Assembly: GCA_965220965.1 (NCBI GenBank)
Contig: OZ244852.1
Location: 1,632,001-1,696,000 of the forward strand
DNA: 64,000 nt
Origin: Candidatus Marinacidobacterium sp.
GTDB lineage: Bacteria > Acidobacteriota > Vicinamibacteria > Marinacidobacterales > Marinacidobacteraceae
Reading direction: 5' to 3'
In this document: piece by piece, positions 47,440-58,915 of the stretch
How the letters are laid out: each line of letters starts with the position of its first letter
Position numbering within the stretch: the stretch's first letter is position 1
Notes under the pieces: generated by a model
What the model was told of the DNA's origin: nothing
The model's input: the letters and a program-made list of their open reading frames with translations, nothing else
Databases searched by the model: none
Position numbers and translations under genes: made by a program

Positions 47440-48551
47440 CGGCCCTTCCTTCGGCGCCGCCGTTCCCGCAGCTCGCCCGCGTCGCCGGCGCCGGCCGGCT
47501 GCCGCCGAGCCTGCTGTTCACCGGGCCGCCGGGGGCGCTCACGAAGGAGGCCGCCCTCGGGCTCGCCGCCGTCGCGAACAGCGCCGACCCGGATCCGGAG
47601 TCGGCGGCGAGCCGCCGCGTGATGGAGCGCATCGTCTGGACGGACGCCGCGGCGCAGGACCCGGCGGACGCCGGGACCCCGCCGGCGGGCGGCCCCTGGC
47701 CCGACATCCACGTCGTCCACCCCGATCCGAAGGGCGAGGTGCGCGTGGACGCCCTGCGGGATGCGATCCAGGCGAGCCGGCCCCATCCGTTCGAGGGGTC
47801 CCGGCGCTTCCTGGTCATCGTGGGCGCCGACGGAATGAACCCCTCCGCCGCGAACGCGCTGCTGAAGACGCTCGAAGAGCCCCACCCCCAACTGGGCGTC
47901 ATCCTGACCGCGGTCCGGGAATCGGCGCTCCTCCCGACGATCGTCTCGCGCTGCCAGCGCTGGAGGTTCCGGGGGCCCCGGGAAGACGAAGTCGCCGAGC
48001 GCCTGCGGCGGGAGCACGACTACCCGGAGGAGGAAGCGGCCTGGGCCGCCGCCGGCGGCGGCGACCTGCAGGGCGCGCTCGCCCTGCCCCGCGAACGGCT
48101 GTCCGGACTGGTGAAGGAAGCGCTCGGACTCGCCCGCGTCGCCTCCCGCGGCATCGTCCCGGGCGCCCGGGCGCGGCTCGTCGAGCGGCTCTCCGGCGGC
48201 CGGGGCCGGCCCGGCGGGGGCGGAGCGGCGGGGGGCGGAGACCTCCAGGTTCTGCTGACGCTGCTGCGGGCCGCCCTCCGCGATCTCGCCGCGCTCGCCG
48301 CCGGCGCCGCCCCGCTCTCGGGGGATCCCGGCGGCCTCCTCGCTCCGTTAGCGCGGGAAGCGCCCGCGACCGCCTTCGCCGAGGCGTTCGCGCTCGTCGA
48401 GGAAACGGACCGGGCGATCCATCAGGGCCACGGCAACCGCCGGATGCAGCTCGATGCGCTGCTGCTCGACTTCAACGAGATCGCGCGGCCGCTGGTCGTC
48501 GCCCGCATGCGGGCGGCCCGCAAGGCGAAGGCGTCAGCGAAGGACCGGTAA
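47436..48551 (+). CDS. holB: DNA polymerase III delta-prime subunit
   Basis: LLFTGPPG, WPDIHVV, AANALLKTLEEP, LLPTIVSRCQ; directly after tmk. Confidence 0.85.
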   Translation: MTALPSAPPFPQLARVAGAGRLPPSLLFTGPPGALTKEAALGLAAVANSADPDPESAASRRVMERIVWTDAAAQDPADAGTPPAGGPWPDIHVVHPDPKGEVRVDALRDAIQASRPHPFEGSRRFLVIVGADGMNPSAANALLKTLEEPHPQLGVILTAVRESALLPTIVSRCQRWRFRGPREDEVAERLRREHDYPEEEAAWAAAGGGDLQGALALPRERLSGLVKEALGLARVASRGIVPGARARLVERLSGGRGRPGGGGAAGGGDLQVLLTLLRAALRDLAALAAGAAPLSGDPGGLLAPLAREAPATAFAEAFALVEETDRAIHQGHGNRRMQLDALLLDFNEIARPLVVARMRAARKAKASAKDR

Positions 48552-48578
48552 CCGCGCAGCCGGACGCCCGGGGGATCC

Positions 48579-50345
48579 TCAGGCGGGCGCGGCGGCCAGC
48601 GCGGCGGCGGGGCGCCCGTCCGGCGCACCGGCCACCGGGATGCGGGCCCCACCCCGTCGGATCAGCACCGGAGCATCCGGCGCCAGCGCCTCCTCGGCGC
48701 GCTCGAGCTGCGTCTGCAGCATCGAGTCCTTCATCCCGGTATCGAGGAAGCTCCACGGAAGTTCCTCGTCGGGGTCGCGATCCCGGTGGAGGTAGAAGTC
48801 GGCGGAGAGGCCGGCGGCGCGGAGGCTGGGGTTCAGCGCCTTGCCGTCGGCGAGGTCCAGAACCACCGGAGCGAGGCGGCGGTCTCCCACCGCGAGGATC
48901 GCCTGGAGGCGCTCGAGGCGCGGCGACTTCATGTGGGCCTCGACGCCGGCGAGATCGCCGAGTTCGCGCTGGAGCGTGCGGATGCGGGAGTTGAGGACCG
49001 CGAGCGGCGCCATCGGACGCCACTGGAAGGGCGTGCCGGGCTTGGGGATGAACGGGTTCACGCTGGCGATCGTGCGCCCGCGCCGGTTCCGGGAGCGGAC
49101 CTGGTCGCGGATCTTCCGGACCAGCGGCGGTATCCCGAGGACGTCCTCCTCGGTCTCGCCGGGAAGGCCCACCATCAGGTAGAGCTTGAGGTTCTCGACC
49201 CCGGCGTCGAGCAGAACCCCGACCTTGTCGAGGATCTCGTCGTTCGTGACCCGCTTGTGGATCGCGATGCGCAGCCGGTCGGTGCCGACTTCGGGCGCGA
49301 TCGCCACCGTCCGCTCACCGCTCTCGGCGAGGGGGCGGGCGAACTCATCGCGCACGTCCTCGAACCGGATCGAGGAGACGCTGACCCGGTAGCCCATGTC
49401 CCGCAGCTCGCGCACCAGCGGCACGATCTCCCGGTGCGCCCCGACCGCGGTCGAGACGAGGCCGATCCGGTCGGTGTGGGGCCGCGCGGCGCGCGCCAGA
49501 TCGAGCAGGCGATCCAGCTCGAAGGAGCGCTTCGGAAGGTAGTTGTAGCCGGCCCAGCAGAACCGGCAGAGCGTCGGGCAGCCCCGGGAGACCTCGACGA
49601 GGAACTTCCCCGACATCTCGGTGTCGTGGGTCAGGAGGAAGGTCGCGGGGGGCGGGAACCGGGCGTCCTTGCCCATGCGCGCCCGGACCACCTCGTGGCC
49701 GCCGCGCACCCGGCGCCGGAGGATCCGCCCTTCCGGCGCGTGCTCGACTTCGTGCATCGCCGGGACATAGAAGCCGGACTCTTCCGCGAGGCCGGCGATC
49801 CGCCGCTCCTTCCCCCCGGCGCGCAGGCGCTCGGTCAGCGGCGGCAGGAGCGCCTCCGCCTCGCCGACGCCGAAGGCGTCCACGAACGGGGCGATCGGCT
49901 CCGGATTCAGGAACGTCACCGGCCCCCCGGCGACGATGAGCGGATCGCGGCGGCCGCGGTCGGCGGCGAGGGGTTCGAGCCCGGCGAGCCGCAGCATCGT
50001 GACGAGGTTCACCAGGTCCGGCTCGAAGGTGATCGAGAACGCGATCACGTCGAAGCTGCGGACCGCGCGGCCGCTCTCCAGCGTGCGCAGCGGCGTCCCG
50101 GTCCGGCGGTACTCCTCGAACTCCACCCGGTCGGGCAGGAAGAACCGCTCGCTCTCGCAGTCCGGCAACAGGTTCCAGAAGCGGTGGACGGCCTGGAAGC
50201 CCACGTTCGACATCCCGAGCGCGTAGCGGTTCGGGTAGCCCACCGCGATGCGGAGCCCGGCGCGCGAGGAGTCGGCGGGGTCGGCGCCAAGACGGGTCTC
50301 GCGGGCGAGACGCCGCTCCGCCCGCCGGTCGAGCAGGCGGCTCAT
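48579..50345 (-). CDS. B12-binding-type radical SAM protein
   Basis: YPNRYALGMSN, AGGP, EVSRGCPTLCRFC (CxxxCxxC), KLYLMVGLPGE, FIPKPGTPFQW; ATGA overlap at 50342-50345. Confidence 0.9.
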   Translation of the reverse strand: MSRLLDRRAERRLARETRLGADPADSSRAGLRIAVGYPNRYALGMSNVGFQAVHRFWNLLPDCESERFFLPDRVEFEEYRRTGTPLRTLESGRAVRSFDVIAFSITFEPDLVNLVTMLRLAGLEPLAADRGRRDPLIVAGGPVTFLNPEPIAPFVDAFGVGEAEALLPPLTERLRAGGKERRIAGLAEESGFYVPAMHEVEHAPEGRILRRRVRGGHEVVRARMGKDARFPPPATFLLTHDTEMSGKFLVEVSRGCPTLCRFCWAGYNYLPKRSFELDRLLDLARAARPHTDRIGLVSTAVGAHREIVPLVRELRDMGYRVSVSSIRFEDVRDEFARPLAESGERTVAIAPEVGTDRLRIAIHKRVTNDEILDKVGVLLDAGVENLKLYLMVGLPGETEEDVLGIPPLVRKIRDQVRSRNRRGRTIASVNPFIPKPGTPFQWRPMAPLAVLNSRIRTLQRELGDLAGVEAHMKSPRLERLQAILAVGDRRLAPVVLDLADGKALNPSLRAAGLSADFYLHRDRDPDEELPWSFLDTGMKDSMLQTQLERAEEALAPDAPVLIRRGGARIPVAGAPDGRPAAALAAAPA

Positions 50346-51067
50346 CCCGACTCGTCTTCCGGCCCGGGGTCGAAGACGATGATCCGGCTGCACGAGTCGC
50401 AGGCGATCAGCTTTTTGCCGATGCGGATCTCCTCGAACACCTGGGGCCGCAGCCGGACGCTGCAGGCCGGACAGCGGGCGTCGGGGGTGACGACGACGGC
50501 GACGCCTTCGCGCGCCTGGCGGATCCGTTCGTAACGCTCGAGGTTCGCGGCCGGAAGCCCGGAGGCCGCCTCCGTCCGCCGGCCGGCCAGCGCCTCGCGC
50601 TCCGCCCGGCGCCGGTCCGCCTCGGCGCGGACCTCCGCCTTCTTCGCCTCGAACTCGGAGCGGGTCGCCTCGAACTCCCGTTTCCGGTCGCCGACCTCGC
50701 CCTCGAGCCGGTCCATGGTCTCCATGAGCGTCAGGATCTGGTCCTCGATCCCGGAGATCCGGGACTTCGTCGCCGCGATCTGCTTCTGGAGCGCCCGGTA
50801 CTCGTCGTTGGTCCGCGCCCCCATCAACTGTTCTTCGTACTTCGCCAGCGCAGACTCCGCGTCCTCGAGCTCTCCTTCAGTCCGGCGTCGGTCGGAACCG
50901 GCGGTCTTCAGCTCGTCCTCGGCGTTCGTGAGCCGTTCGCGCGCGTCGGCGATGCGGGCGTCGATCGCCTTGAGCGCGCCGGGGACGGCGGCCAGCTTCC
51001 CGTCGAGCGAGGCGATCTGCAGGTCGAAGTCCTGCACCTCCCGGAGAATGCCCAGCTCCGGAAGCAC
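50342..51067 (-). CDS. C4-type zinc-ribbon coiled-coil protein (DUF164 family)
   Basis: LREVQDFD, RTNDEYRALQKQI, YERIR, CPAC...CDSCSRII. Confidence 0.9.
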   Translation of the reverse strand: MLPELGILREVQDFDLQIASLDGKLAAVPGALKAIDARIADARERLTNAEDELKTAGSDRRRTEGELEDAESALAKYEEQLMGARTNDEYRALQKQIAATKSRISGIEDQILTLMETMDRLEGEVGDRKREFEATRSEFEAKKAEVRAEADRRRAEREALAGRRTEAASGLPAANLERYERIRQAREGVAVVVTPDARCPACSVRLRPQVFEEIRIGKKLIACDSCSRIIVFDPGPEDESG

Positions 51068-51119
51068 GATCACCCTCGGGGAGGAATCGAACGTCGGGAT
51101 CGCCACGGCGTCCCGGCGG

Positions 51120-51192
51120 TGGGCCCACCAGGGTTCGAACCTGGGACCAACCGGTTATGAGCCGGCCGCTCTGACCGCTGAGCTATGGGCCC
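51120..51192 (-). tRNA. tRNA-Ile2(CAT), lysidine-type
   Basis: Reverse complement GGGCCCATAGCTCAGCGGTCAGAGCGGCCGGCTCATAACCGGTTGGTCCCAGGTTCGAACCCTGGTGGGCCCA; CAT anticodon, G1-C72 paired, located downstream of rpoD as is typical for Ile2. Confidence 0.9.
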
Positions 51193-51232
51193 GCGCCGCC
51201 CACCCGGCGAAGGCCTCATATCGACATCCGCC

Positions 51233-52972
<1,740 letters not shown>

Positions 52973-53249
52973 CGAATCGGTCTCAGGCGGCTCCCGGGGG
53001 TCTCAGGCCGAAAGGCGCCAGAGCCGGGCCCCGGGACCCGGAAGGGCATGCAGGCCGGGAGGCGTCACGCGCGCGGCCCGGTCCTTCGCGGCGGACGTCG
53101 GGCGGAGGAAACCCTCACGCGAGAACCCGGTCCCGAGCGAAGCCGCGACGAGACCATCCGTGGGAGAAGTCGGGCCAGCCAATGTCGTTGCTTTCGACCG
53201 CGACCCCGCCTCGTCCCCACCGATCAGGGAACAGCGCCGCGGAACAGCA

Positions 53250-53283
53250 GCTTGGAAATCTAACACGCGGCGCAGCTCCAAGC
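53250..53283 (-). promoter_or_regulatory. Putative rpoD promoter (extended -10 TGtTAGATT) flanked by a 7-bp inverted repeat
   Basis: Minus-strand TGT-TAGATT at 53265-53257; GCTTGGA (53250-53256) / TCCAAGC (53277-53283). Confidence 0.4.
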
Positions 53284-53292
53284 CTTCCGAAG

Positions 53293-55056
53293 CTACCGCC
53301 CGGACGGCAGCAGGGCGTCGAGCTGCGTCGTCAGTTCCTGGAGCTGGCCCAGGACATCCGCCGTCGCGCTGCGACGGGCCTCCCCCTTGAGACGGTCGAG
53401 GCGCCGCCGGAGCGCGCGGACCCGCAGCGCGTGGAAGCAGTCCATCGGAGTCTGCCGCTTCATGTCGAGATCCACCTGCTCCATCTCGGCGCCGACGAGC
53501 AGCTCCTGGACCTCGCCCGGCTCGGAACCCAGGTCCGCCAGCCGGGTCGGCAGGTCCCCTCCCTCGTCCGCGACCGCCTTCAGTTCGGCGAGCACCGGCC
53601 CGAGCGCGAGACCGTCGAAGTCCTCCGGCGCCGCGGTCTTCAGGATCTCCGCAACCTCGTCCGGTCGTTTCCCGATCCACCGGATCAGGTCCCGCTCCGC
53701 CGGAAGCGGCGCTGGCCGCTCGGCTCGGCGCGTTCCGGCCCCGGTCTCGCCCTCGGCTTCCCGGGGCGCCGGCTGGCGCCCCCGCTTCGCCAGCGCCCGC
53801 AGCTCGTCCCGCGCAGCGCCCAGCGAGAACCCGAGTCCTCCCGCCGCCTCCGCGAGCCAGCTTTCCCGGTCGAGCGCGCTCGGCGCCCGCGCGATGACCG
53901 CCAGGACTTCCCGCGCCGCCTCCGCGCGATCGGTCGCGGGCCCGGCGGGGGCGGCGAGCGCTTCGTCCACGAGGAAGTCGACGAACCCGGGCGCGGCGGC
54001 CACCGCGGCGCGGACTGCGTCGCCTCCCTCCTCCCGGATCAGATCGTCCGGGTCGCGTCCATCCCCGAAGCGGGCCACCCGCACCCGGATCTGCGCCTCG
54101 AGCAGCACTGGAATGCTGGCGCGGGCGGCGCGCCGACCGGCCCGATCCGAATCGAACGCCAGGATGACCTCCCGCGTCTGGGCGGCGAGCAGCCGGGCGT
54201 GCTCCGGCGTGAGCGCCGTGCCGCAGACCGCGACCGCGTTCGGGACGCCCGCCTGCCACGCCGAGAGACAGTCGAAGTAGCCCTCCATCAGAATGGCCGA
54301 GCGCTCCCGGCGAATCGCCGGACGGGCGTGGTGGAAGCCGTAGAGGACGCTCCGCTTCTGGTAGACCGGCGAGTCCGGGCTGTTGACGTACTTCGGCTCG
54401 CTCCCGTCGAGGCTGCGGCCGGCGAATCCGGCGGCCCGGCCCGACCCGTCGAGGATCGGGACGATCAGCCGGTTCCGGAAGAAGTCGTAGTGGCCGCCGC
54501 GCTCCCCGGCGCGGGCGAGTCCCGCCTCGATCTGGACCGGCCTCGGGATCTTCTTCCGGGTGAGCGCCGCCGACAGCTCATCCCAGGCGTCGGGGGCGTA
54601 ACCGAGGCCGTGCTCGGTGATCGTGGCGGTCGTGAGGCCCCGTTCGCGGAGGTAGTCGAGCGCCTTCCGCCCCGCGGCGCGCCGGAGCGCGCGCCGGTAG
54701 AAGTCGAGCGCCCCGCGGTTCGCCTCCCGGATGGCCTCCGCCCGGGAAGCCCGTTCCGGGTTGCGTTCGGGAATGGGGATCCCGGCGCGCCGGGCGAGGG
54801 TGTGGAGCGCCTCGGGGAACGAGAGCCCCTCGCGCTTCATCAGGAACGAGAACGCGTCCCCGCTCTCCTTGCACCCGAAGCAGTGGAAGAACCCCCGCTC
54901 GGCGTTCACCTGGAACGAGGGCGCGGTCTCCTTGTGGAACGGGCACAGCCCGGAGAACCGGCCGGGTCCGGCCGGACGGAGCGCAACCTGCTCGCCGATC
55001 AGCTCGACGATGTCGGTGGCGTCGCGAACGCGGTCGCGGAAGCCGTCGTCGAGCAT
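53293..55056 (-). CDS. dnaG: DNA primase
   Basis: CPFHKETAPSF...FHCFGC, FRNRL, FAGR, KYVNSP, MEGYFD, FDSDRAG, DPD. Confidence 0.96.
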   Translation of the reverse strand: MLDDGFRDRVRDATDIVELIGEQVALRPAGPGRFSGLCPFHKETAPSFQVNAERGFFHCFGCKESGDAFSFLMKREGLSFPEALHTLARRAGIPIPERNPERASRAEAIREANRGALDFYRRALRRAAGRKALDYLRERGLTTATITEHGLGYAPDAWDELSAALTRKKIPRPVQIEAGLARAGERGGHYDFFRNRLIVPILDGSGRAAGFAGRSLDGSEPKYVNSPDSPVYQKRSVLYGFHHARPAIRRERSAILMEGYFDCLSAWQAGVPNAVAVCGTALTPEHARLLAAQTREVILAFDSDRAGRRAARASIPVLLEAQIRVRVARFGDGRDPDDLIREEGGDAVRAAVAAAPGFVDFLVDEALAAPAGPATDRAEAAREVLAVIARAPSALDRESWLAEAAGGLGFSLGAARDELRALAKRGRQPAPREAEGETGAGTRRAERPAPLPAERDLIRWIGKRPDEVAEILKTAAPEDFDGLALGPVLAELKAVADEGGDLPTRLADLGSEPGEVQELLVGAEMEQVDLDMKRQTPMDCFHALRVRALRRRLDRLKGEARRSATADVLGQLQELTTQLDALLPSGR

Positions 55057-55145
55057 TGCGTCTGGGAGGGGTGAAGGCTGGCGGAAGGGTCGAAAGGGTC
55101 AGGATAATGACGGCCCCGGACGGGGCCTGTCACACCGAACGCGCC

Positions 55146-55961
55146 ATGAACGACGAGACCCTCCTGCGGATGCTCCGGGGGGTCGCCTCCGGGGGCGTGG
55201 CGCCCGAGGAGGCGGCGCGGAGGCTGCGCTTTCCGTTCGAGAAGATCGCGGAGGGGGAGGACACGCCGTTCGCCCGGCTGGACCACCACCGCGAGCTCCG
55301 GAGGGGATTTCCGGAGGTCGTTCTGGCCGAGGGAAAGACGCCGGAACAGGTCGTCTCCATCGCGCGGGCGATGGCGGGGCGCGCCGGCCAGACCCTCGTC
55401 ACCCGGGTGGCGCCCGAGGTCTCGCGGATGCTCTGCGAGCGGATCCCGGAGGCGATCGCCCATCCCGAGGCGCGCGCGGTGGTCGTGCGCCGGGTCCCGC
55501 CAACCCCGCTGGACGCGCGCATCGGGGTCGTTTCCGCCGGAACCTCCGACATCCCGGTGGCCGAAGAAGCCGCGCTCACCGCCGAGCTCATGGGCGCCGA
55601 GGTCCAGCGGACGTTCGATGTCGGCGTCGCCGGGATCCAGCGGCTGCTCGCCGAAGCGCCGGGCTTCGCGTCGCTCCACGCGCTCGTCGTCGTCGCCGGG
55701 ATGGAAGCGGCGCTCGCGCCGGTCGTCGCGGGGCTGGTCCCCTGCCCGTTGGTCGCCGTTCCCACCTCGACCGGGTACGGGGCGTCGTGGGGCGGACTCA
55801 CCGCCCTGCTCGCGCTGCTGAACAGTTGCGCCCCGGGGGTCACGGTCGTGAACATCGACAACGGGTTCGGGGCGGGTTACGCCGCGGCGCTCGCCGTGGC
55901 CCAGATGCGTCGACTCGAGTCGGCCGGGGCCTCAGGGGACGTCGCGCCGGACCGCGGCTGA
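55146..55961 (+). CDS. larB: Nickel-pincer cofactor biosynthesis protein LarB (AIR-carboxylase-like)
   Basis: ARLDHHRELRRGFPEVV..GKT, AGTSDIPVAEEA, DVGVAGI, AVPTSTGYG, VVNIDNGFGAG. Confidence 0.92.
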   Translation: MNDETLLRMLRGVASGGVAPEEAARRLRFPFEKIAEGEDTPFARLDHHRELRRGFPEVVLAEGKTPEQVVSIARAMAGRAGQTLVTRVAPEVSRMLCERIPEAIAHPEARAVVVRRVPPTPLDARIGVVSAGTSDIPVAEEAALTAELMGAEVQRTFDVGVAGIQRLLAEAPGFASLHALVVVAGMEAALAPVVAGLVPCPLVAVPTSTGYGASWGGLTALLALLNSCAPGVTVVNIDNGFGAGYAAALAVAQMRRLESAGASGDVAPDRG

Positions 55962-57296
55962 ACGCGCCGCGAGCCAGCCCGCCGCCAGCGGGATCAGGTA
56001 CTCGGCGGCGCGGAGACCGGGAGACAGGACCCACTCCGCTGTCGCTCCCGGCGGGGTCGTCCAGAACGGCTGGTAGCTGAGGACCGAGGTCAGCGAGAGC
56101 GCGAGCCCGGCGACGAACCAGCCCCGCCGTTCGGGGTGGAGCACCAGGAACGGAAGACACCAGAGGAGGTACCAGGGGTGCGCCACCGGCGCCAGCAGGA
56201 AGGCGCTCCCGGCGAGGAGCGCCATCCGGAGGGTGAGCGGCGCGGGCCGGAGAAGAAGCGCCGTTCCGACGGCGAGGAGCGCGAGGAGCGCCGCCGGGCG
56301 GGCGAGATCCCCGAGGGCCCACTCGAACCCGAGGAAGAGGCTCTCGTTGAAGCGCCAGTGGCGCAGGTAGTGAACCAGGCTGAACGACAGCTCCCCGAGC
56401 CGCGCCGGGACGCCGTCACCACCCGGGGCCGGCGCCAGGAACGGCAGGAGCGGGAACAGCGCCGCTCCGGCGCCCGCAGCGAGGATCCCGAGCCGCGCCT
56501 TCCAGCCCCGGACGCCGGCCGCCAGAAACGGGACGAGCGCGAAGCCGGCGAACTTGGCGGTCGCCGAGAGCCCCGCGAGGGCCGCGGCGGCGAAGGGACG
56601 TTTCGCGGCGGCGGCGAGCGCCACCGCGAGCAGCGCCACACCCAGCGCGTCGCCGTGCCCGCTCCCGGAGATCTCCACCACCGCGAGCGGGTTCCAGACG
56701 TAAGCGACGACCAGCAGCGGGTCGAGGCCGCGGCGCCGGAGGAGCGCGATGAGCGCCCAGACCAGCGCCGCCTCGGCGAGCGCGAACCCGAGCTTCAGGG
56801 TGGCCGCCATCGCCCGGGGCGACGGCGCCAGGCTGGTGACCGCCGCCGCGAAGAGCTGCGCCCCCGGGGGATAGATCGCCGGCAACATCCAGTAGGCGAC
56901 CTCCTCCCGCACCTCGGGAAGCCGCCGCCGGAGATCCTCCAGCTCGGGGTGATCGGGCGGGTGCGCCCAGGGGTCGAGGCCGGCCGCCACGACCTGTCCC
57001 TCCCAGACGGACCGGTAGAGATCCCCCGACAACACTGGCGGTCCCGCGAGGAAGAAGGCGCGCGCCACGACCCCGGCGGCCAGCGCGGCGATGAGCGCCG
57101 ACCTCCCGAAGGTTCGTCCGGCCAGGACCTCCCGCACGACCCAGACGAGGGGCGCGAACGCCGCCGCGTGGAGCAGAGCGTGGAGCCAGAACCCGGCCGA
57201 CCCCTCGAGAGTTCCCGAGGAGAGCGCCAGCGCGAGGGCCCCGAGCGTCGCCGCCTGCGCCGCGGCGGCCACCCACACCCTCCGGTTGCGCTCCAC
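55932..57296 (-). CDS. Polytopic GT-C glycosyltransferase (GT87/DUF2029-like)
   Basis: LSGDLYRSVWEG, IYPPGAQ, YVWNPLAVVEISGSGHGD, AHPWY; many TM segments. Confidence 0.8.
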   Translation of the reverse strand: MERNRRVWVAAAAQAATLGALALALSSGTLEGSAGFWLHALLHAAAFAPLVWVVREVLAGRTFGRSALIAALAAGVVARAFFLAGPPVLSGDLYRSVWEGQVVAAGLDPWAHPPDHPELEDLRRRLPEVREEVAYWMLPAIYPPGAQLFAAAVTSLAPSPRAMAATLKLGFALAEAALVWALIALLRRRGLDPLLVVAYVWNPLAVVEISGSGHGDALGVALLAVALAAAAKRPFAAAALAGLSATAKFAGFALVPFLAAGVRGWKARLGILAAGAGAALFPLLPFLAPAPGGDGVPARLGELSFSLVHYLRHWRFNESLFLGFEWALGDLARPAALLALLAVGTALLLRPAPLTLRMALLAGSAFLLAPVAHPWYLLWCLPFLVLHPERRGWFVAGLALSLTSVLSYQPFWTTPPGATAEWVLSPGLRAAEYLIPLAAGWLAARSAAVRRDVP

Positions 57297-57345
57297 GCCG
57301 CGAGTATCACCCCGGAAGCGGACGGGTCAGAATTCCCCGGACCCG

Positions 57346-58908
57346 ATGCCACTCGCCGAGGCGGTTCTGACCGCCTACTTCGCCGTCCTGCTCCTGCTGT
57401 CGATCTACGGCTCCCACCGCTACCGCCTCGTCTTCGCCGTGCTGCGCCACGGCGACCGCGCCCGCCGCGCCGCCGAGGCGATGCGCGCCGAGGGCGCCCC
57501 GAGGCTCGCGGCCGAACCTCCCGAGGTCCTCGTCCAGTTGCCGGTCTTCAACGAGCGCTACGTCGTCGAGCGGCTCGTCCGGGCGGTGGCGGCGCTCGAC
57601 TACCCGAAGGACCGCCTTCAGATCCAGCTCCTGGACGACTCGACCGACGACACCGGCGACATCGCCGAGCGCGCGGTCGCCGCCGCCCGGGCGGAGGGCG
57701 TGCGCATCGAACGCATCGCCCGCGCCGACCGGCAGGGGTTCAAGGCGGGCGCCCTCGCCGCCGGACTCCAGGTCTCCTCGGCGCCCTTCGTGGCCATCTT
57801 CGACGCCGACTTCGTCCCTCGCCCGGACTTCCTGAAGGCGACGCTCCCCTACCTGCTGGCGGATGACCGGACGGCTCTGGTCCAGGCCCGCTGGGAGCAC
57901 CTGAACCGCGGCTACTCCGGGCTGACCGAAGTCCAGGCCATCCTCCTCGACGGCCACTTCATCGCCGAGCACGGGGGCCGCCATGCGCTCGGGGCGTTCT
58001 TCAACTTCAACGGGACGGCCGGCGTCTGGCGGAAGCAGGCGATCGGCGACGCCGGCGGCTGGGCGGGCGACACGCTGACCGAGGATCTGGACCTCTCCTA
58101 CCGCGCCCAGCTCCGGGGCTGGAAGTTCGTGTTCGTCCCCGAAATCGGGGCCCCTTCGGAGCTCCCGGTCTCGATGAACGCCTTCAAGGCCCAGCAGCGT
58201 CGCTGGGCCAAGGGCTCGCTCCAGACCGCCAAGAAGCTGCTGCCGCAGATCGTCGCCTCGCGTCTCCCGCTGCGGGTGCGGGCCGAGGCGATCTTCCATC
58301 TCACCGGGAACCTCGCCTACCCGCTCATGGCGCTGCTCAGCCTGCTCATGGTCCCGGCGCTGCTGGCGCGGGTCCACACCGGCCTCGAGGAGATGGCGCT
58401 GCTGGATCTCCCGATCTTTGCGGCGGCCACGATCTCGGTCGTCGTCTTCTACGCGGTGGCGCAGCAGCAGATCCACCGGATGGGCGCGGAGCGCGGGCGT
58501 CTCGGCCCCCGCCTGCGGAGCATCCCCGGCGCCCTCGCGGTCGGCATCGGACTCTCGATCAGCAACGCCGCCGCGGTCCTCGACGGCGTGCTGGGCCGCC
58601 AGACCCCGTTCGTCCGCACCCCCAAGTACGGCGTGGCGCGCCGCACCGACGGCTGGCGCGCCAAGGCCTACCTCCCCCGGGAGTTCATGACGCCGGCGAT
58701 CGAGCTCACGCTGGGACTCGGGATGGCGGCGGCGACGGCCTACGCGGTGATCGCCGGGGTGGTCGCCTCGGCGCCATTCCTCCTGCTGTTCGCCGCCGGC
58801 TACCTCTACGTCGGGGGCCGTTCGCTCCTCGAAACGCTCCGCGCGCGGAGTGCGGCGGAACCGGCGCCCGCCCCCCGGCTGCGCCCGGCGGGCCCGCGCG
58901 CGGCATGA
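57346..58908 (+). CDS. Processive GT2 glycosyltransferase (cellulose-synthase-like)
   Basis: QLPVFNE, LDDSTD, FKAGAL, FDADF, TEDLDLS, QQRRW; C-terminal TMs. Confidence 0.92.
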   Translation: MPLAEAVLTAYFAVLLLLSIYGSHRYRLVFAVLRHGDRARRAAEAMRAEGAPRLAAEPPEVLVQLPVFNERYVVERLVRAVAALDYPKDRLQIQLLDDSTDDTGDIAERAVAAARAEGVRIERIARADRQGFKAGALAAGLQVSSAPFVAIFDADFVPRPDFLKATLPYLLADDRTALVQARWEHLNRGYSGLTEVQAILLDGHFIAEHGGRHALGAFFNFNGTAGVWRKQAIGDAGGWAGDTLTEDLDLSYRAQLRGWKFVFVPEIGAPSELPVSMNAFKAQQRRWAKGSLQTAKKLLPQIVASRLPLRVRAEAIFHLTGNLAYPLMALLSLLMVPALLARVHTGLEEMALLDLPIFAAATISVVVFYAVAQQQIHRMGAERGRLGPRLRSIPGALAVGIGLSISNAAAVLDGVLGRQTPFVRTPKYGVARRTDGWRAKAYLPREFMTPAIELTLGLGMAAATAYAVIAGVVASAPFLLLFAAGYLYVGGRSLLETLRARSAAEPAPAPRLRPAGPRAA

Positions 58909-58915
58909 TTCCCCC

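Noticed and set aside
51120-51192. tRNA-Met assignment from the CAT anticodon
   Set aside because: Paired G1-C72 and no GGG/CCC anticodon-stem run exclude initiator tRNA; sequence and position after rpoD favour Ile2, though elongator Met is not formally excluded
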